Source of the DNA: Firmicutes bacterium CAG:176
GTDB lineage: Bacteria; Bacillota; Clostridia; Lachnospirales; Lachnospiraceae
DNA: 53,660 nt
Assembly (NCBI GenBank): GCA_963623675.1
Contig: CAVFMZ010000003.1
Location: 1-53,660 of the forward strand
Direction: 5' to 3'
Shown: positions 19,450 to 29,439 of the stretch, one piece after another
Layout of the letters: each line of letters opens with the position of its first letter
How positions within the stretch are numbered: the stretch's first letter is position 1
The notes under the pieces: generated by a model
Told to the model about the DNA's origin: nothing
Databases searched by the model: none
Seen by the model: only the letters and a program-made list of their open reading frames with translations
Translations under genes and position numbers: made by a program

Positions 19450-22038
19450 ATGAAAAATAGAAAAAAATCTCTGGCGGTCTGGGCGGTGATCTGTCTGCTG
19501 ATCGTCATAATCGGGATTGCCCTTCCGGTGACAAAGAGCTGTTCGCTGGGACTGGAAGGTGCCAACCAGGCAAATTTAAGAACGGCGACGGAGGAACTGA
19601 CCGAAGGAAATCTGCTGGAATTTACCGTTTATCCGCCGGAGGCGACGGCAGACCAGATTGGGTTCTTTTTTACATCCAACAAGCATGAATTTGAAACAGG
19701 CACTCTGCGGATCATGGCTTTTGACGGGGACGAGCTGATCGGCGGACAGGATTTTCCGTTGGAGGAGTTGGACAGTGACCGGTTCCTGTTTGTCCATCTG
19801 GATCATTCGCCGGAGGAACTGACCGTGCGGATCTCCTGTGATGCCAGGAGAGAAGGACCGTCTGTCTGGCTGAACGAGACCACCGTGACACCGGGACAGG
19901 CTTCCCTGAATGGAGTCAGTCTGGAAAAAAGCCTGGTCTATAATCTGACCTATACGGAGCAGACCCATCAGGTGGGCCGTCCGGTTTTACTGGGACTGAT
20001 TTTATTTCTGGGTGGATTTGGCGTCTGGCTGACAGGCAGACTCCGAAGAGAAAAGAAACAGCCGGAGATGGCTTTGCCTGCTGGCAGGAGCATGCCGGAC
20101 AGGCGCCAGCTGCTGGGACTTGGAATTACCCTTGCCTGTGGAGCGTTGTTGTTTTTCTATTTATATGATACGAAGATTCGGATTGCGCAGAATACGACAG
20201 AAAAGGTGACACTGTTTCAAACGGATGGAGACGCCATTCCGGTGACTGAAGAACATGCATCTTTGAGTCAGGTTGTGAAACCCGAACAGGACCAGCTGAC
20301 CGGATTCGGCGTGCGGTTCTGGCTGGAAGAGGATGCGGTCCTTAACGAGGGAACTATGCAAGCGGTTGTCACGGACTTGACGCTTCAGGAAGTAATGTGC
20401 GAGACGGATATTCCTGCGGGACAGTTTATTTCTGGCGAATATGTGGGACTGCTCTTTGAAAATTCCCAGACCGGGGTCAAAGATCATACCTACCGGATTG
20501 ACCTGACATTTTCACCGGAGCTGTGGGACAGCGGACTGGAAGTGCTGACCAACGGGGATGATCTTTGTGTAAACGCGTATTTATATTTTAATATTTTCCT
20601 GAAGAAGTTTTTCTTTTTCATGTTCCTGGGAGTGGAGGCATTCATTGCCCTGTTCTGGTATCTGGCCTTTGTGAGAAAGGCGAGAATCGAGACCGTCTTT
20701 CTGGTGACGGTGCTGGGACTGGGACTTTTTTATAATGTCCTTCTGACGCCGCAGATGGTGCCGGATGAGGCGAAACATATTGATATGGCGTACCGGTACA
20801 GCAATGAATTGCTGGGCTATGAATCGTTGGGAGATACCACCTGCCTCATGCGGGCAGATGACGCGGAAATGGAATTTACTTCTTCCCCTACTTTCCGGAA
20901 TTACCGGAATATTTACTATGGACTGTTTTCCAGAGTACAGGATGACCGGATGGTGGAAGCAGAAGTGAACAGCAACATTGAGGGAAGCATTCTCTTTTAT
21001 GCACCGGCGGTACTGGGCATGACGCTTGCACGGCTGCTGCATCTGGGAACAGTCCCCATGTTGCTCCTGGCCAGGTATCTGAATCTGCTTGCCTTTGCGC
21101 TTTTCACCTGGTTTGGTATGAAACGGCTGCCTTTTGGAAAGCTGACTTTATTTTTGATTGCTGTTTTACCGATCAATATGCAGCAGTGTACTTCTTTTTC
21201 CCATGATGCCATGGTGCACGGGATTCTGTTTCTGTTCTGCTGTCTCTGTCTGGAGGCGATTTATGAGAAGAAGGAACTGACCGGCTGGCAGATGCTTTTG
21301 ATGGAACTTCTGGGAGGCATGGCTGTTTACTGCAAGAGCGGAAGCTACCTGCCGCTGATGCTGCTGATTCTTCTGATTCCGGCGGCATCCTATGGAAGCC
21401 GTAAGAAAAAATGGACGGCAACGGCAACTGTATTTGGAATGCTCCTGTTGGTATTTGCAGCGAAAAATATGTCCATGGTGACAGGAATCGCGGCGACGAC
21501 GGATGCTACCAGCGTGGTAAGTACCGGAGACGGAACGGCCTATGCCACCGGTTATACGCTCAGCTATTTTCTGCATGATCCGCTGCAGCTCATTTATATG
21601 ATCGTAAATACCATTCTCGATAAAGGCGGCTTCTATGTGGAGTCCCTGATCGGATACAAGTTAGGATGGGTGGAGATTGAGACGTCCACCATGATTGTGG
21701 TGCTGTTCTTATTCCTGCTGTTCTTGTCCAACTGCCAGACTAGGGAGGAATCCATCTTTGTGATGGCCGGACAGCGTTCGGTGATGATTCTTTCCTGCCT
21801 TGGCTGTGCAGGACTCATTGTACTGGGTATGCTGCTTTCCTGGACCCCTGTGGGCTATGTGTCTGTGGAAGGTGTACAGGGACGTTATTTCCTGCCGTTT
21901 CTGCTGATTCTTTTGACCGCATGCAGGAACCGGATGATTTTCCTGCGGCAGAAGATGGACCGGGGAATCATGGCAGCGGCGGTGACCGGACAGCTTCTGA
22001 CCATCGCCTATGTGATCAAACAAGTAATGGCTGTGTAG
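19450..22038 (+). CDS. DUF2142-like polytopic membrane protein (putative GT-C fold) with extracellular N-terminal domains
   Basis: TPQMVPDEAKH, SFSHDA, GYKLGW and VEGVQGRYFLP motifs; many TM segments. Confidence 0.72.
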   Translation: MKNRKKSLAVWAVICLLIVIIGIALPVTKSCSLGLEGANQANLRTATEELTEGNLLEFTVYPPEATADQIGFFFTSNKHEFETGTLRIMAFDGDELIGGQDFPLEELDSDRFLFVHLDHSPEELTVRISCDARREGPSVWLNETTVTPGQASLNGVSLEKSLVYNLTYTEQTHQVGRPVLLGLILFLGGFGVWLTGRLRREKKQPEMALPAGRSMPDRRQLLGLGITLACGALLFFYLYDTKIRIAQNTTEKVTLFQTDGDAIPVTEEHASLSQVVKPEQDQLTGFGVRFWLEEDAVLNEGTMQAVVTDLTLQEVMCETDIPAGQFISGEYVGLLFENSQTGVKDHTYRIDLTFSPELWDSGLEVLTNGDDLCVNAYLYFNIFLKKFFFFMFLGVEAFIALFWYLAFVRKARIETVFLVTVLGLGLFYNVLLTPQMVPDEAKHIDMAYRYSNELLGYESLGDTTCLMRADDAEMEFTSSPTFRNYRNIYYGLFSRVQDDRMVEAEVNSNIEGSILFYAPAVLGMTLARLLHLGTVPMLLLARYLNLLAFALFTWFGMKRLPFGKLTLFLIAVLPINMQQCTSFSHDAMVHGILFLFCCLCLEAIYEKKELTGWQMLLMELLGGMAVYCKSGSYLPLMLLILLIPAASYGSRKKKWTATATVFGMLLLVFAAKNMSMVTGIAATTDATSVVSTGDGTAYATGYTLSYFLHDPLQLIYMIVNTILDKGGFYVESLIGYKLGWVEIETSTMIVVLFLFLLFLSNCQTREESIFVMAGQRSVMILSCLGCAGLIVLGMLLSWTPVGYVSVEGVQGRYFLPFLLILLTACRNRMIFLRQKMDRGIMAAAVTGQLLTIAYVIKQVMAV

Positions 22039-22062
22039 GACAGCCTGGAGAGGAACGATTTT

Positions 22063-23598
22063 ATGGATAAAAAAAGACTGGCCGTCAACATGGCGGCACA
22101 GCTTCTTGCATTTGCCGTCAATATGGGAATCAGCTTTTTCCTGGCGCCCATTATTGAAGCCAAGATGGAAAATACCTATGGATTTGTAACCCTGGCCAAT
22201 CAGTTTGTGCTGTATGCCCAGATTATTGTATCTGCGTTAAATACCATGGCTAGCCGTTTTGTTACCATTCATATTCACAGAGGGGAAGACCAGACGGCCA
22301 GTGAGTATTTCTCTTCCGTTTTCTTTGGAAATGTGATTATGGCGGGGATCTTTCTGGTTCCGGCGCTGGTCATCGTCATTTTCATGGGAAGCATGCCTTT
22401 CTTAAATGTACCGGCGGAAGTGCTTCATGATGTACAGCTTCTGTGGGCCTTTGTATTTGCAAACTTTTTCCTGAGTATTATCACATCCGTATACGGAATC
22501 TCCACCTATGCGACCAATCGGCTGGATCTGACGTCCATTCGTACCATGTATGGAGATATTATCCGCATTGTATTTCTGTTTGCAACGTTTCTGATTTTCA
22601 AACCGACCCTGTGGTTTATCGGAGCAGCTTCTCTTTTGAGCACCGCGTACACGGCATTCTGGAACCGCAGATTTACAAGACAGCTTCTGCCTCAGGTGCA
22701 GATGAAGGTGTCCAACTTCCGTTGGAAAAAGGTGTGGGAGCTGGTATCTCTGGGAGCCTGGAATTCCCTGACCCGTCTTGGACAGCAGCTGCTGGACGGC
22801 GTGGACATACTCCTTTCAGGCGCATTGATTCTGGATGGAAATGCTTCCATGACTTTATTGTCTCTGGCAAAAATGGTGCCGACGGCCATTTCCAGTTTGA
22901 TGGGAACGGTGGTAGGCGTCTTTAATCCGCAGATCACCATTGCCTATGCGGAGGGTGATACGGAAAATCTGGTAAAAATTATCAGAAGCTGCAACCGGAT
23001 TCTCATTTTCATTATGAGTATCCCCATTGCATTCCTGACGGCTTACGGAAGAGATTTCTATGCCATGTGGCAGCCTACGAAGGATGCGGACATGCTGCAG
23101 CGCCTGTCTCTGCTGGCGGTTGGTGTGCTCTATGTGAGCATGAGCATTCAGGTGCTCTATCATGTATTTATTATTACGAAAAAAGTAAAATGGAATTCCC
23201 TGGTGATCCTGGGTTCCGGCGTTCTGTCCTCCTGTCTGTCGCTGCTTCTCTTAAAGACGACGGATCTGGGCGTGATGGTGTTCCCGCTGTCCAGTATGCT
23301 TACCGGACTTCTGCGAAATCTCATCTTTACGCCGATCTATGCGGCCAGATGCCTGAAGATCCGCTGGAACCGGTTCTACGGTGATATTCTGCTGGGTTGG
23401 ATTTCCATTGGAAGTATTGTGATTCTGGGAAATCTGTCCCGGATGGTATTTCCGGTGAATTCCTGGGTAAAACTGATTCTGACAGGCGTGGTCATGGGAC
23501 CGCTGGCACTGGCTTTGAATTTCCTGATTATCCTCCGGAAAGAGGAGCGGGAAATGGTCATCGGCATGGTGAAGTCGAAGCTGAAAGGAGTAAAATAG
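22063..23598 (+). CDS. Wzx/MOP-family oligosaccharide flippase
   Basis: 511 aa with about 12-14 TM segments; N-terminal NMAAQLLAFAVNMGISFFLAP; VFNPQITIAYA. Confidence 0.82.
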   Translation: MDKKRLAVNMAAQLLAFAVNMGISFFLAPIIEAKMENTYGFVTLANQFVLYAQIIVSALNTMASRFVTIHIHRGEDQTASEYFSSVFFGNVIMAGIFLVPALVIVIFMGSMPFLNVPAEVLHDVQLLWAFVFANFFLSIITSVYGISTYATNRLDLTSIRTMYGDIIRIVFLFATFLIFKPTLWFIGAASLLSTAYTAFWNRRFTRQLLPQVQMKVSNFRWKKVWELVSLGAWNSLTRLGQQLLDGVDILLSGALILDGNASMTLLSLAKMVPTAISSLMGTVVGVFNPQITIAYAEGDTENLVKIIRSCNRILIFIMSIPIAFLTAYGRDFYAMWQPTKDADMLQRLSLLAVGVLYVSMSIQVLYHVFIITKKVKWNSLVILGSGVLSSCLSLLLLKTTDLGVMVFPLSSMLTGLLRNLIFTPIYAARCLKIRWNRFYGDILLGWISIGSIVILGNLSRMVFPVNSWVKLILTGVVMGPLALALNFLIILRKEEREMVIGMVKSKLKGVK

Positions 23599-23602
23599 GA
23601 AG

Positions 23603-24619
23603 ATGTTCAGTATCGTCATTCCGGTCTATAATGCGAAAGCATCGCTGGAGCGCTGCGTGGATTCCTGGCTTCGTCAGACGAGAAACGATCTGGAACTCAT
23701 TCTGGTGGACGACGGCTCTTCCGACGGAAGCGGAGAACTGAGCGACCGTCTGGCAGAAAATCCGGACGGCAGGGTGCGGGTGATTCATCAGGAAAACAGC
23801 GGCGTATCGGCAGCGCGAAATGCGGGCATCCGGGCAGCAGAAGGCACATTCCTTCTCTTTACGGACAGCGACGACTATGTGGAGCCGGATTATCTGGAAA
23901 AAATGGCGGCCCTGCAGGAGAAGAGTGATGCAGATCTGGTACTCTGCGGTTATCATCATCTGTATGATGGAGCGGATATTGTAAAAGTACCAGGGGAGAC
24001 CCATGTGAGTGCCATGACAGAGTTTCAGCAGGAATTTCTGGAACTTTATAAAAAGAGCGATCTTAATATGCCCTGGAATAAGCTATATAGAAAAGCACTG
24101 GCTGGTGTGTTTGATACATCCCTGAGCCTGGGCGAAGATCTGCTGTTTAATCTTGATTATTTATCAAAATGCCGGAAGGTGGCTGTCCTGGGAGAACCGC
24201 TGTGCTGGTACATTCAGGAGATGGGTAAGAAAACCTTGTCTTCCGAAAAGCGGCAGAACCGGATGGAGCTGGCGGCGCGCATCTGCAGGGAGACGGAACA
24301 TTTTTATGAGAGTACCTGGGGAGAACCGTGCCGGGATGGCAGCATTTTCCTTCGCTATATGAACGAAGTGATGGATGAATGTGAGAAACTTCCGGAGGAT
24401 GGAAGCTGTTCTTATCAGGAGAAATTAAAGATTCTGCACGGTTACGCCCAGGATCCGCTGGTGAGAGAGCGGGGATCGGAAGTCCGGTTTTCGTATATGG
24501 ATTACCGGATCTTATGGATTTTTTTTAAGAGGGATATGGCACGGACCGTCTATGGTCTGTGCGTGGTACGCAGCCTGCTAGTAAAAGTGCTGCATGAGAT
24601 ACGGAGGAGCCGAACATGA
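23603..24619 (+). CDS. Glycosyltransferase family 2
   Basis: SIVIPVYN, LVDDGSSD, FTDSDD, PWNKLYR and GED. Confidence 0.92.
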   Translation: MFSIVIPVYNAKASLERCVDSWLRQTRNDLELILVDDGSSDGSGELSDRLAENPDGRVRVIHQENSGVSAARNAGIRAAEGTFLLFTDSDDYVEPDYLEKMAALQEKSDADLVLCGYHHLYDGADIVKVPGETHVSAMTEFQQEFLELYKKSDLNMPWNKLYRKALAGVFDTSLSLGEDLLFNLDYLSKCRKVAVLGEPLCWYIQEMGKKTLSSEKRQNRMELAARICRETEHFYESTWGEPCRDGSIFLRYMNEVMDECEKLPEDGSCSYQEKLKILHGYAQDPLVRERGSEVRFSYMDYRILWIFFKRDMARTVYGLCVVRSLLVKVLHEIRRSRT

Positions 24620-25602
24620 CAACCCCATTGATCAGTGTAATTGTACCGGTTTACCGGGTAGAGGAGTATCTGGAACGATGTGTGGAAAGTATTCTTTCCC
24701 AGACCTATGAGAATCTGGAAGTGATTCTGGTGGACGACGGGTCGCCGGACCGGTGTCCGGCCATCTGTGATGCCTATGCCGGAAAAGATGCCAGAGTCAA
24801 AGTGATTCATCAGGAGAACAAAGGACTTTCCGGGGCGCGGAATGCAGGCATTGAGCTGGCAGAAGGCGAATATCTGGCATTTGTGGACAGTGACGACTAT
24901 GTGAGTCCGCATTTTATTGAAGGATTGTATGAGCTGCTGCAGGAGACGGGATGTGGCATCGGTCAGTGCCGGTTTTCCTATGTAAAAGGAGAGAAGCTGA
25001 CAGAAGAAGGTGATTCTGCGTTCTGTATTTACCGGGGAGAGAGCCTGATGGAACAGCTCTACGGACCGGAGGAAAAGGCCACGTATTTTGTGGTGGCATG
25101 GAACAAGCTGTACCGTGCAGAGCTTTTTAAAGAGACGGGTATCCGTTATCCGGAAGGCCGGATTCATGAGGATGAGGCCACGACCTATCAGCTGTTCCAC
25201 GCAGCGAGAAAGCTGGCATTTCTTGACAAGGCAATGTACGGATATTATACGGAAAACGGCGGCAGCATTACCTCGGTCTTCTCGGCAAAACGGCTTCAGT
25301 GGCTGACAGCCCAGGAAGAACGGATTGCATTTTTCCAGAAAAATGGATATGAGAAGCTGCTTCCGGCTGCATACCGGAAGCTCTGTGATGCCTGCATTAC
25401 CTTCTTCTTCCGCTGTACAGAGCAGGTGGAAGGGGCAGAGGCGTTGAAAAAAGAGCTGCGGCAGCGGTTGGAAACCTACCGGGCAAATGGCGCCAACTTC
25501 ATTGCATCGCTGCCTTTAAAGACCCGCATGGGGTATGAACTGTTCGCCATGAGTCCGGGACTTTACGAGAAAGTGCTCCGGAAAATGCAGGAGGCGTCAT
25601 GA
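24616..25602 (+). CDS. Glycosyltransferase family 2
   Basis: SVIVPVY, LVDDGSPD, FVDSDD, AWNKLYR and IHED. Confidence 0.92.
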   Translation: MTTPLISVIVPVYRVEEYLERCVESILSQTYENLEVILVDDGSPDRCPAICDAYAGKDARVKVIHQENKGLSGARNAGIELAEGEYLAFVDSDDYVSPHFIEGLYELLQETGCGIGQCRFSYVKGEKLTEEGDSAFCIYRGESLMEQLYGPEEKATYFVVAWNKLYRAELFKETGIRYPEGRIHEDEATTYQLFHAARKLAFLDKAMYGYYTENGGSITSVFSAKRLQWLTAQEERIAFFQKNGYEKLLPAAYRKLCDACITFFFRCTEQVEGAEALKKELRQRLETYRANGANFIASLPLKTRMGYELFAMSPGLYEKVLRKMQEAS

Positions 25603-26657
25603 ACGAGAAAATCAGTGTCATTGTACCAATTTATAAAGTAGAACAAGTATTGAGACGCTGTGTGGACAGCATTCTGGCACAGACCTATGAGAATCTGGAA
25701 ATTATTCTGGTGGATGACGGATCACCGGATCAGTGTCCTGCCATCGGTGATGCCTATGCAGCGCAGGATACCAGAATCAAAGCCGTGCATAAGAAAAATG
25801 GAGGCCTCACTTCCGCCTGGAAGGAAGGGGTCCGGCATGCCACCGGCGAATGGCTGGGATTTGTGGACAGCGATGACTGGATTGATCCGGATATGTATGA
25901 GCGGCTGTATGAACCGCTGAAAACGAAGAAGGCGGACATGTCCATGGCAGGGCTGGTCTTTGATTACGAAGATCCCAACTACCCGCCGCGAAAAGAGGGC
26001 AACCGGCTGGAGAAAACCTATTACAGCCAGGAAGAATGGCGGAAGCTCTTTCCCGTACTCATCAATGATGGAAGCTTCATTGGAAGGACCATTCAGCCAT
26101 CCCGTGTGACCAAACTGTTCCGAAGGGAACTGGTGGAACAGAATCTGGAGCTGTGGGATGACCGGGTGACGGTGGGAGAGGATCTGCAGATGGTCTTTGC
26201 AGCCGCACTGGATGCAAAGGGAGTCTGCGTGGTACCGGACTATTATCCCTATCATTACTGGTACAATACGGCATCCATGACCGGCCAGTATGACGGATGT
26301 TATCTGGAGAAAATCAAGCTTCTGCGGGAGCGTATGGAGGCTATCTCCGATGCCAAGAAAGGCTATGATTTCCGTCCCCAGATCCGGAATGATTTCTTAA
26401 GTCTTGCCATTATGGCGGTGAAAAATGAGATCTGGAGAAATCATCAGGATTCTTTTGGCACTGTGCTTCGGAAGACAAAAGAAATGTGTCGGGATGCATC
26501 GGTGCAGGAGGCTTTGAAAAATCATACCATGGACCGTCTGGGACTGTCCGTGAAGGTATATATATTTATGATGAAGCATGGACTTGCCTTGCCATGCTAT
26601 GTAGTAACCAAGTTGTTTTTTGCATTTTATTATGGAGTTTTTTCACATGTACAATAA
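25599..26657 (+). CDS. Glycosyltransferase family 2
   Basis: SVIVPIY, LVDDGSPD, FVDSDD and GED. Confidence 0.92.
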   Translation: MNEKISVIVPIYKVEQVLRRCVDSILAQTYENLEIILVDDGSPDQCPAIGDAYAAQDTRIKAVHKKNGGLTSAWKEGVRHATGEWLGFVDSDDWIDPDMYERLYEPLKTKKADMSMAGLVFDYEDPNYPPRKEGNRLEKTYYSQEEWRKLFPVLINDGSFIGRTIQPSRVTKLFRRELVEQNLELWDDRVTVGEDLQMVFAAALDAKGVCVVPDYYPYHYWYNTASMTGQYDGCYLEKIKLLRERMEAISDAKKGYDFRPQIRNDFLSLAIMAVKNEIWRNHQDSFGTVLRKTKEMCRDASVQEALKNHTMDRLGLSVKVYIFMMKHGLALPCYVVTKLFFAFYYGVFSHVQ

Positions 26658-27495
26658 TCAACGAAAAGCGATTTTTTTTGATATTGACGGAACCTTATTG
26701 ATTCCGGGGGAGGGAATTCATGAGAGCGTGCGGGAGGCGCTTAAGAAGGTAAGAAATCACGGCCATCAGGTGTTTATCGCCACCGGGCGTGCCTGGTGCT
26801 GTCTGCCGGAGGAGCTGCAGGATATAGAGCTGGACGGGCTCATTGCCAGTGCCGGAAGCGACATCTGGTTTCATGGACAGAATGTGTACCGCCAGTCACT
26901 TCCGGAGAAGCTGATCCGGGATACCTGCCAGATTCTGAAAGAAATGGATGCGGTCTATGTGCTGGAAGGCTTTGACCGGATTTATGTGTCAGAGAAGGCA
27001 CAGCGGATTCTATTGGGAAAAGAGGTGCTGCCGGATGATAATCCAGAGCTGGTCCGCTGGAAGAAATATTTCCGGCAGAAGACGAATCTGTATCCGATAG
27101 AAGAGTGGTCTCCGGAAACAGAGCGGATTCCAAAGATTACGTTTATGTTATTCCATGAGGAGCAGGTGGAACAGGTAAAAGAGATCCTGTCAGAACCATT
27201 TCATGTGGTCTTTTTCCCGGCGGCCTACAGCGGCTTCTGGAATGGGGAGCTGATTTCCAGAACGGCGGATAAGGGGACTGCCATTCAGAAAGCAGCAGAG
27301 CTTCTCCATATGGAGATTGCAGATACCATCGCATTCGGCGACAGCATGAACGATTATGAAATGATTCTGCAGGCAGGCTGCGGCGTGGTGATGGCAAACG
27401 GGGATGAGTACCTGAAGACAAAGGCGGACCGGATCTGTGAGTCCGTGCAGGAAGACGGTGTGATCCGGGAACTGGAACGGATGCATTTGATTTAG
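26647..27495 (+). CDS. Cof-type HAD-IIB hydrolase
   Basis: FDIDGTL, ATGR, DKGTA and FGDSMND; GGAG RBS before ATG 26647. Confidence 0.9.
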   Translation: MYNNQRKAIFFDIDGTLLIPGEGIHESVREALKKVRNHGHQVFIATGRAWCCLPEELQDIELDGLIASAGSDIWFHGQNVYRQSLPEKLIRDTCQILKEMDAVYVLEGFDRIYVSEKAQRILLGKEVLPDDNPELVRWKKYFRQKTNLYPIEEWSPETERIPKITFMLFHEEQVEQVKEILSEPFHVVFFPAAYSGFWNGELISRTADKGTAIQKAAELLHMEIADTIAFGDSMNDYEMILQAGCGVVMANGDEYLKTKADRICESVQEDGVIRELERMHLI

Positions 27496-27505
27496 GAGGC
27501 CGCCC

Positions 27506-29377
27506 ATGAAGAAGATTTGGAATACAACGACGAAAAACTGGGTGTATGGCGCGCTGGCCTGCATGGCATTATTGATTACACTCAATGCAGATTTAAGCAG
27601 TATCAGTGCTGAGGCTGCGCAGGGAGGATTTTTCAATGTCCTGGCCATGACCATCAAGAAACTGGAGTATGTGCTTCCGGTATTTACCTACCGGGATGCA
27701 TTGCTGGCGCTTTTGGTTCTTTTCTTTTTCCAGAAAACGCAGGTGCGTGAACATCCGGGAATTTCTCTGTGGAGTATCCGGATTCCGGCAGGGCTTACCG
27801 CCTTTTTCCTGGTATTCGGCTACAGCTTTTACTACACCAATTCCTGGGATCTGGTGATCATGGACAAGCTGCATCTGTTCCTGGCAGCGGTCATGATGGT
27901 GGGATATTATGCACTGTTTGTGAGAATCTTTGGTCTCATTGTGGATAAAGTTCCGATTTTTGCGGGAGTCAGTGGAGAACGTCCCGGAAAGCTCTCGGAA
28001 CTGGTCTTTGAACGGCATGCGTTCTGGGGACCGTTTCTGGTGATTCTGCTTTTCTGGATGCCTTACATACTGGCAAAATTTCCGGGTGCCTCCATGCCGG
28101 AAACGCTGGCGGAGATGCGGCAGTTCTACTGGAATGATATTAATAACTATTATCCGCCTATGCATACGATTCTGTTAAGTCTGGTCATGCAGCTTGGAAA
28201 TGCGATTCATTCCTACACACTGGGATTTTTCCTGAATCTGGTGATTCAGCTGGGAATGCTGTTGTCCGCATTTGCCTATGGATTTACGCTGATGAGACGG
28301 TGGCAGACGCCCTATAAGCTGCGCTGGGCAGCTCTTGCCATTATCTGTATTGTGGAATTTTTCCCCATGGAATCGACTGTGGTGGAGAAGGACATTCCCT
28401 ATGCGGCCTGCGTGATTTTTATGGTGCTGCTTCTGCATGAACTGGTGCGGCAGATGCGTAAGGATGATGGAATGAATCGGGCGCAGGCAGCAGGCTATAT
28501 ACTGTCCTGCATCGGAACGGCGGGATTCCGGAATGAAGGAATCTATCTGGTACTGGTATCCGGCATTGCAGTGACTTTCTATGTGATGCATGCATGGTGG
28601 AAACAGGACCGCAGGAAATGCAGCAGAGTCCTGCTGACAGTGCTGCTTCCGGTATTGCTGATGCTGCTTTATCAGAAAGCACTGCTTCCAGCTCTTGGGG
28701 TGACCGATAACGGTCCGAAAGAGGCGCTTTCTATTCCATTTCAGCAGACGGCCCGTTACGTAAGAGATTATGGATATGAGATTTCCGAGGAAGATGCGGA
28801 GATTATTTCCAGAGTGCTGGATTATGACAATCTGGCAGAGAAATATGATCCCCTTACCTCTGATCCGGTCAAATATACGTACCATGCGGAGACGACGGAA
28901 GATCTGGTTGACTATTTTGGCCTCTGGTTCCGGCAGCTTCTGAAACATCCAGGCAATGCGGTGGAAGCTACCATGAACAATGCCTACGGGTGGTTCTATC
29001 AGGAAGGATATGCCCAGAACTATATGATGACTTCCAAGATCGAAGGGCAGGATGTGCGCTGGGAGATCATGCAGCCGGCAAAACTGGCAGGTGTCCGGCA
29101 GGTCATGGAGCGTGTGGCCAAATGGCTTTCCCGTGTTCCGGTAGTAAACTGGTTTGAAAATGCGGGAATTGTGTCATGGCTTACCATACTGTTCACTGCT
29201 TTTCTGGTCGGAGCAAGGAGAAAGCGGTATCTGCTTTCCATGGCGCCGGTTCTGACGGCACTGCTGGTATGTATTGCAGCGCCTACCTTCAATTATCAGA
29301 TGCGGTATATTATGCCGATCATGTTCTGTGTGCCGTTCTATGCGGCCATGGCCGTGCAGGCATTACGAGAGAAATAA
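27506..29377 (+). CDS. DUF6020-like polytopic membrane protein (putative GT-C glycosyltransferase)
   Basis: YYPPMHT, EKDIPY, FRNEG, EALSIPFQQTARYV, SDPVK and MRYIMP motifs; many TM segments. Confidence 0.7.
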   Translation: MKKIWNTTTKNWVYGALACMALLITLNADLSSISAEAAQGGFFNVLAMTIKKLEYVLPVFTYRDALLALLVLFFFQKTQVREHPGISLWSIRIPAGLTAFFLVFGYSFYYTNSWDLVIMDKLHLFLAAVMMVGYYALFVRIFGLIVDKVPIFAGVSGERPGKLSELVFERHAFWGPFLVILLFWMPYILAKFPGASMPETLAEMRQFYWNDINNYYPPMHTILLSLVMQLGNAIHSYTLGFFLNLVIQLGMLLSAFAYGFTLMRRWQTPYKLRWAALAIICIVEFFPMESTVVEKDIPYAACVIFMVLLLHELVRQMRKDDGMNRAQAAGYILSCIGTAGFRNEGIYLVLVSGIAVTFYVMHAWWKQDRRKCSRVLLTVLLPVLLMLLYQKALLPALGVTDNGPKEALSIPFQQTARYVRDYGYEISEEDAEIISRVLDYDNLAEKYDPLTSDPVKYTYHAETTEDLVDYFGLWFRQLLKHPGNAVEATMNNAYGWFYQEGYAQNYMMTSKIEGQDVRWEIMQPAKLAGVRQVMERVAKWLSRVPVVNWFENAGIVSWLTILFTAFLVGARRKRYLLSMAPVLTALLVCIAAPTFNYQMRYIMPIMFCVPFYAAMAVQALREK

Positions 29378-29426
29378 AAAAACCGGGATTTCTGCTGATC
29401 TTTGCAGCCGAAATTCCGGTCTTTTT
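29376..29426. terminator. Bidirectional terminator between convergent genes
   Basis: A-tract, ACCGGGATTTCTGCTG...CAGCCGAAATTCCGGT stem, T-tract. Confidence 0.8.
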
Positions 29427-29439
29427 GCGTCATGAGGAT

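Noticed and set aside
24700..25700. Identical 21-mer CAGACCTATGAGAATCTGGAA in two adjacent GT2 genes (24700 and 25680)
   Set aside because: Explained by paralogy of the conserved GT2 N-terminus
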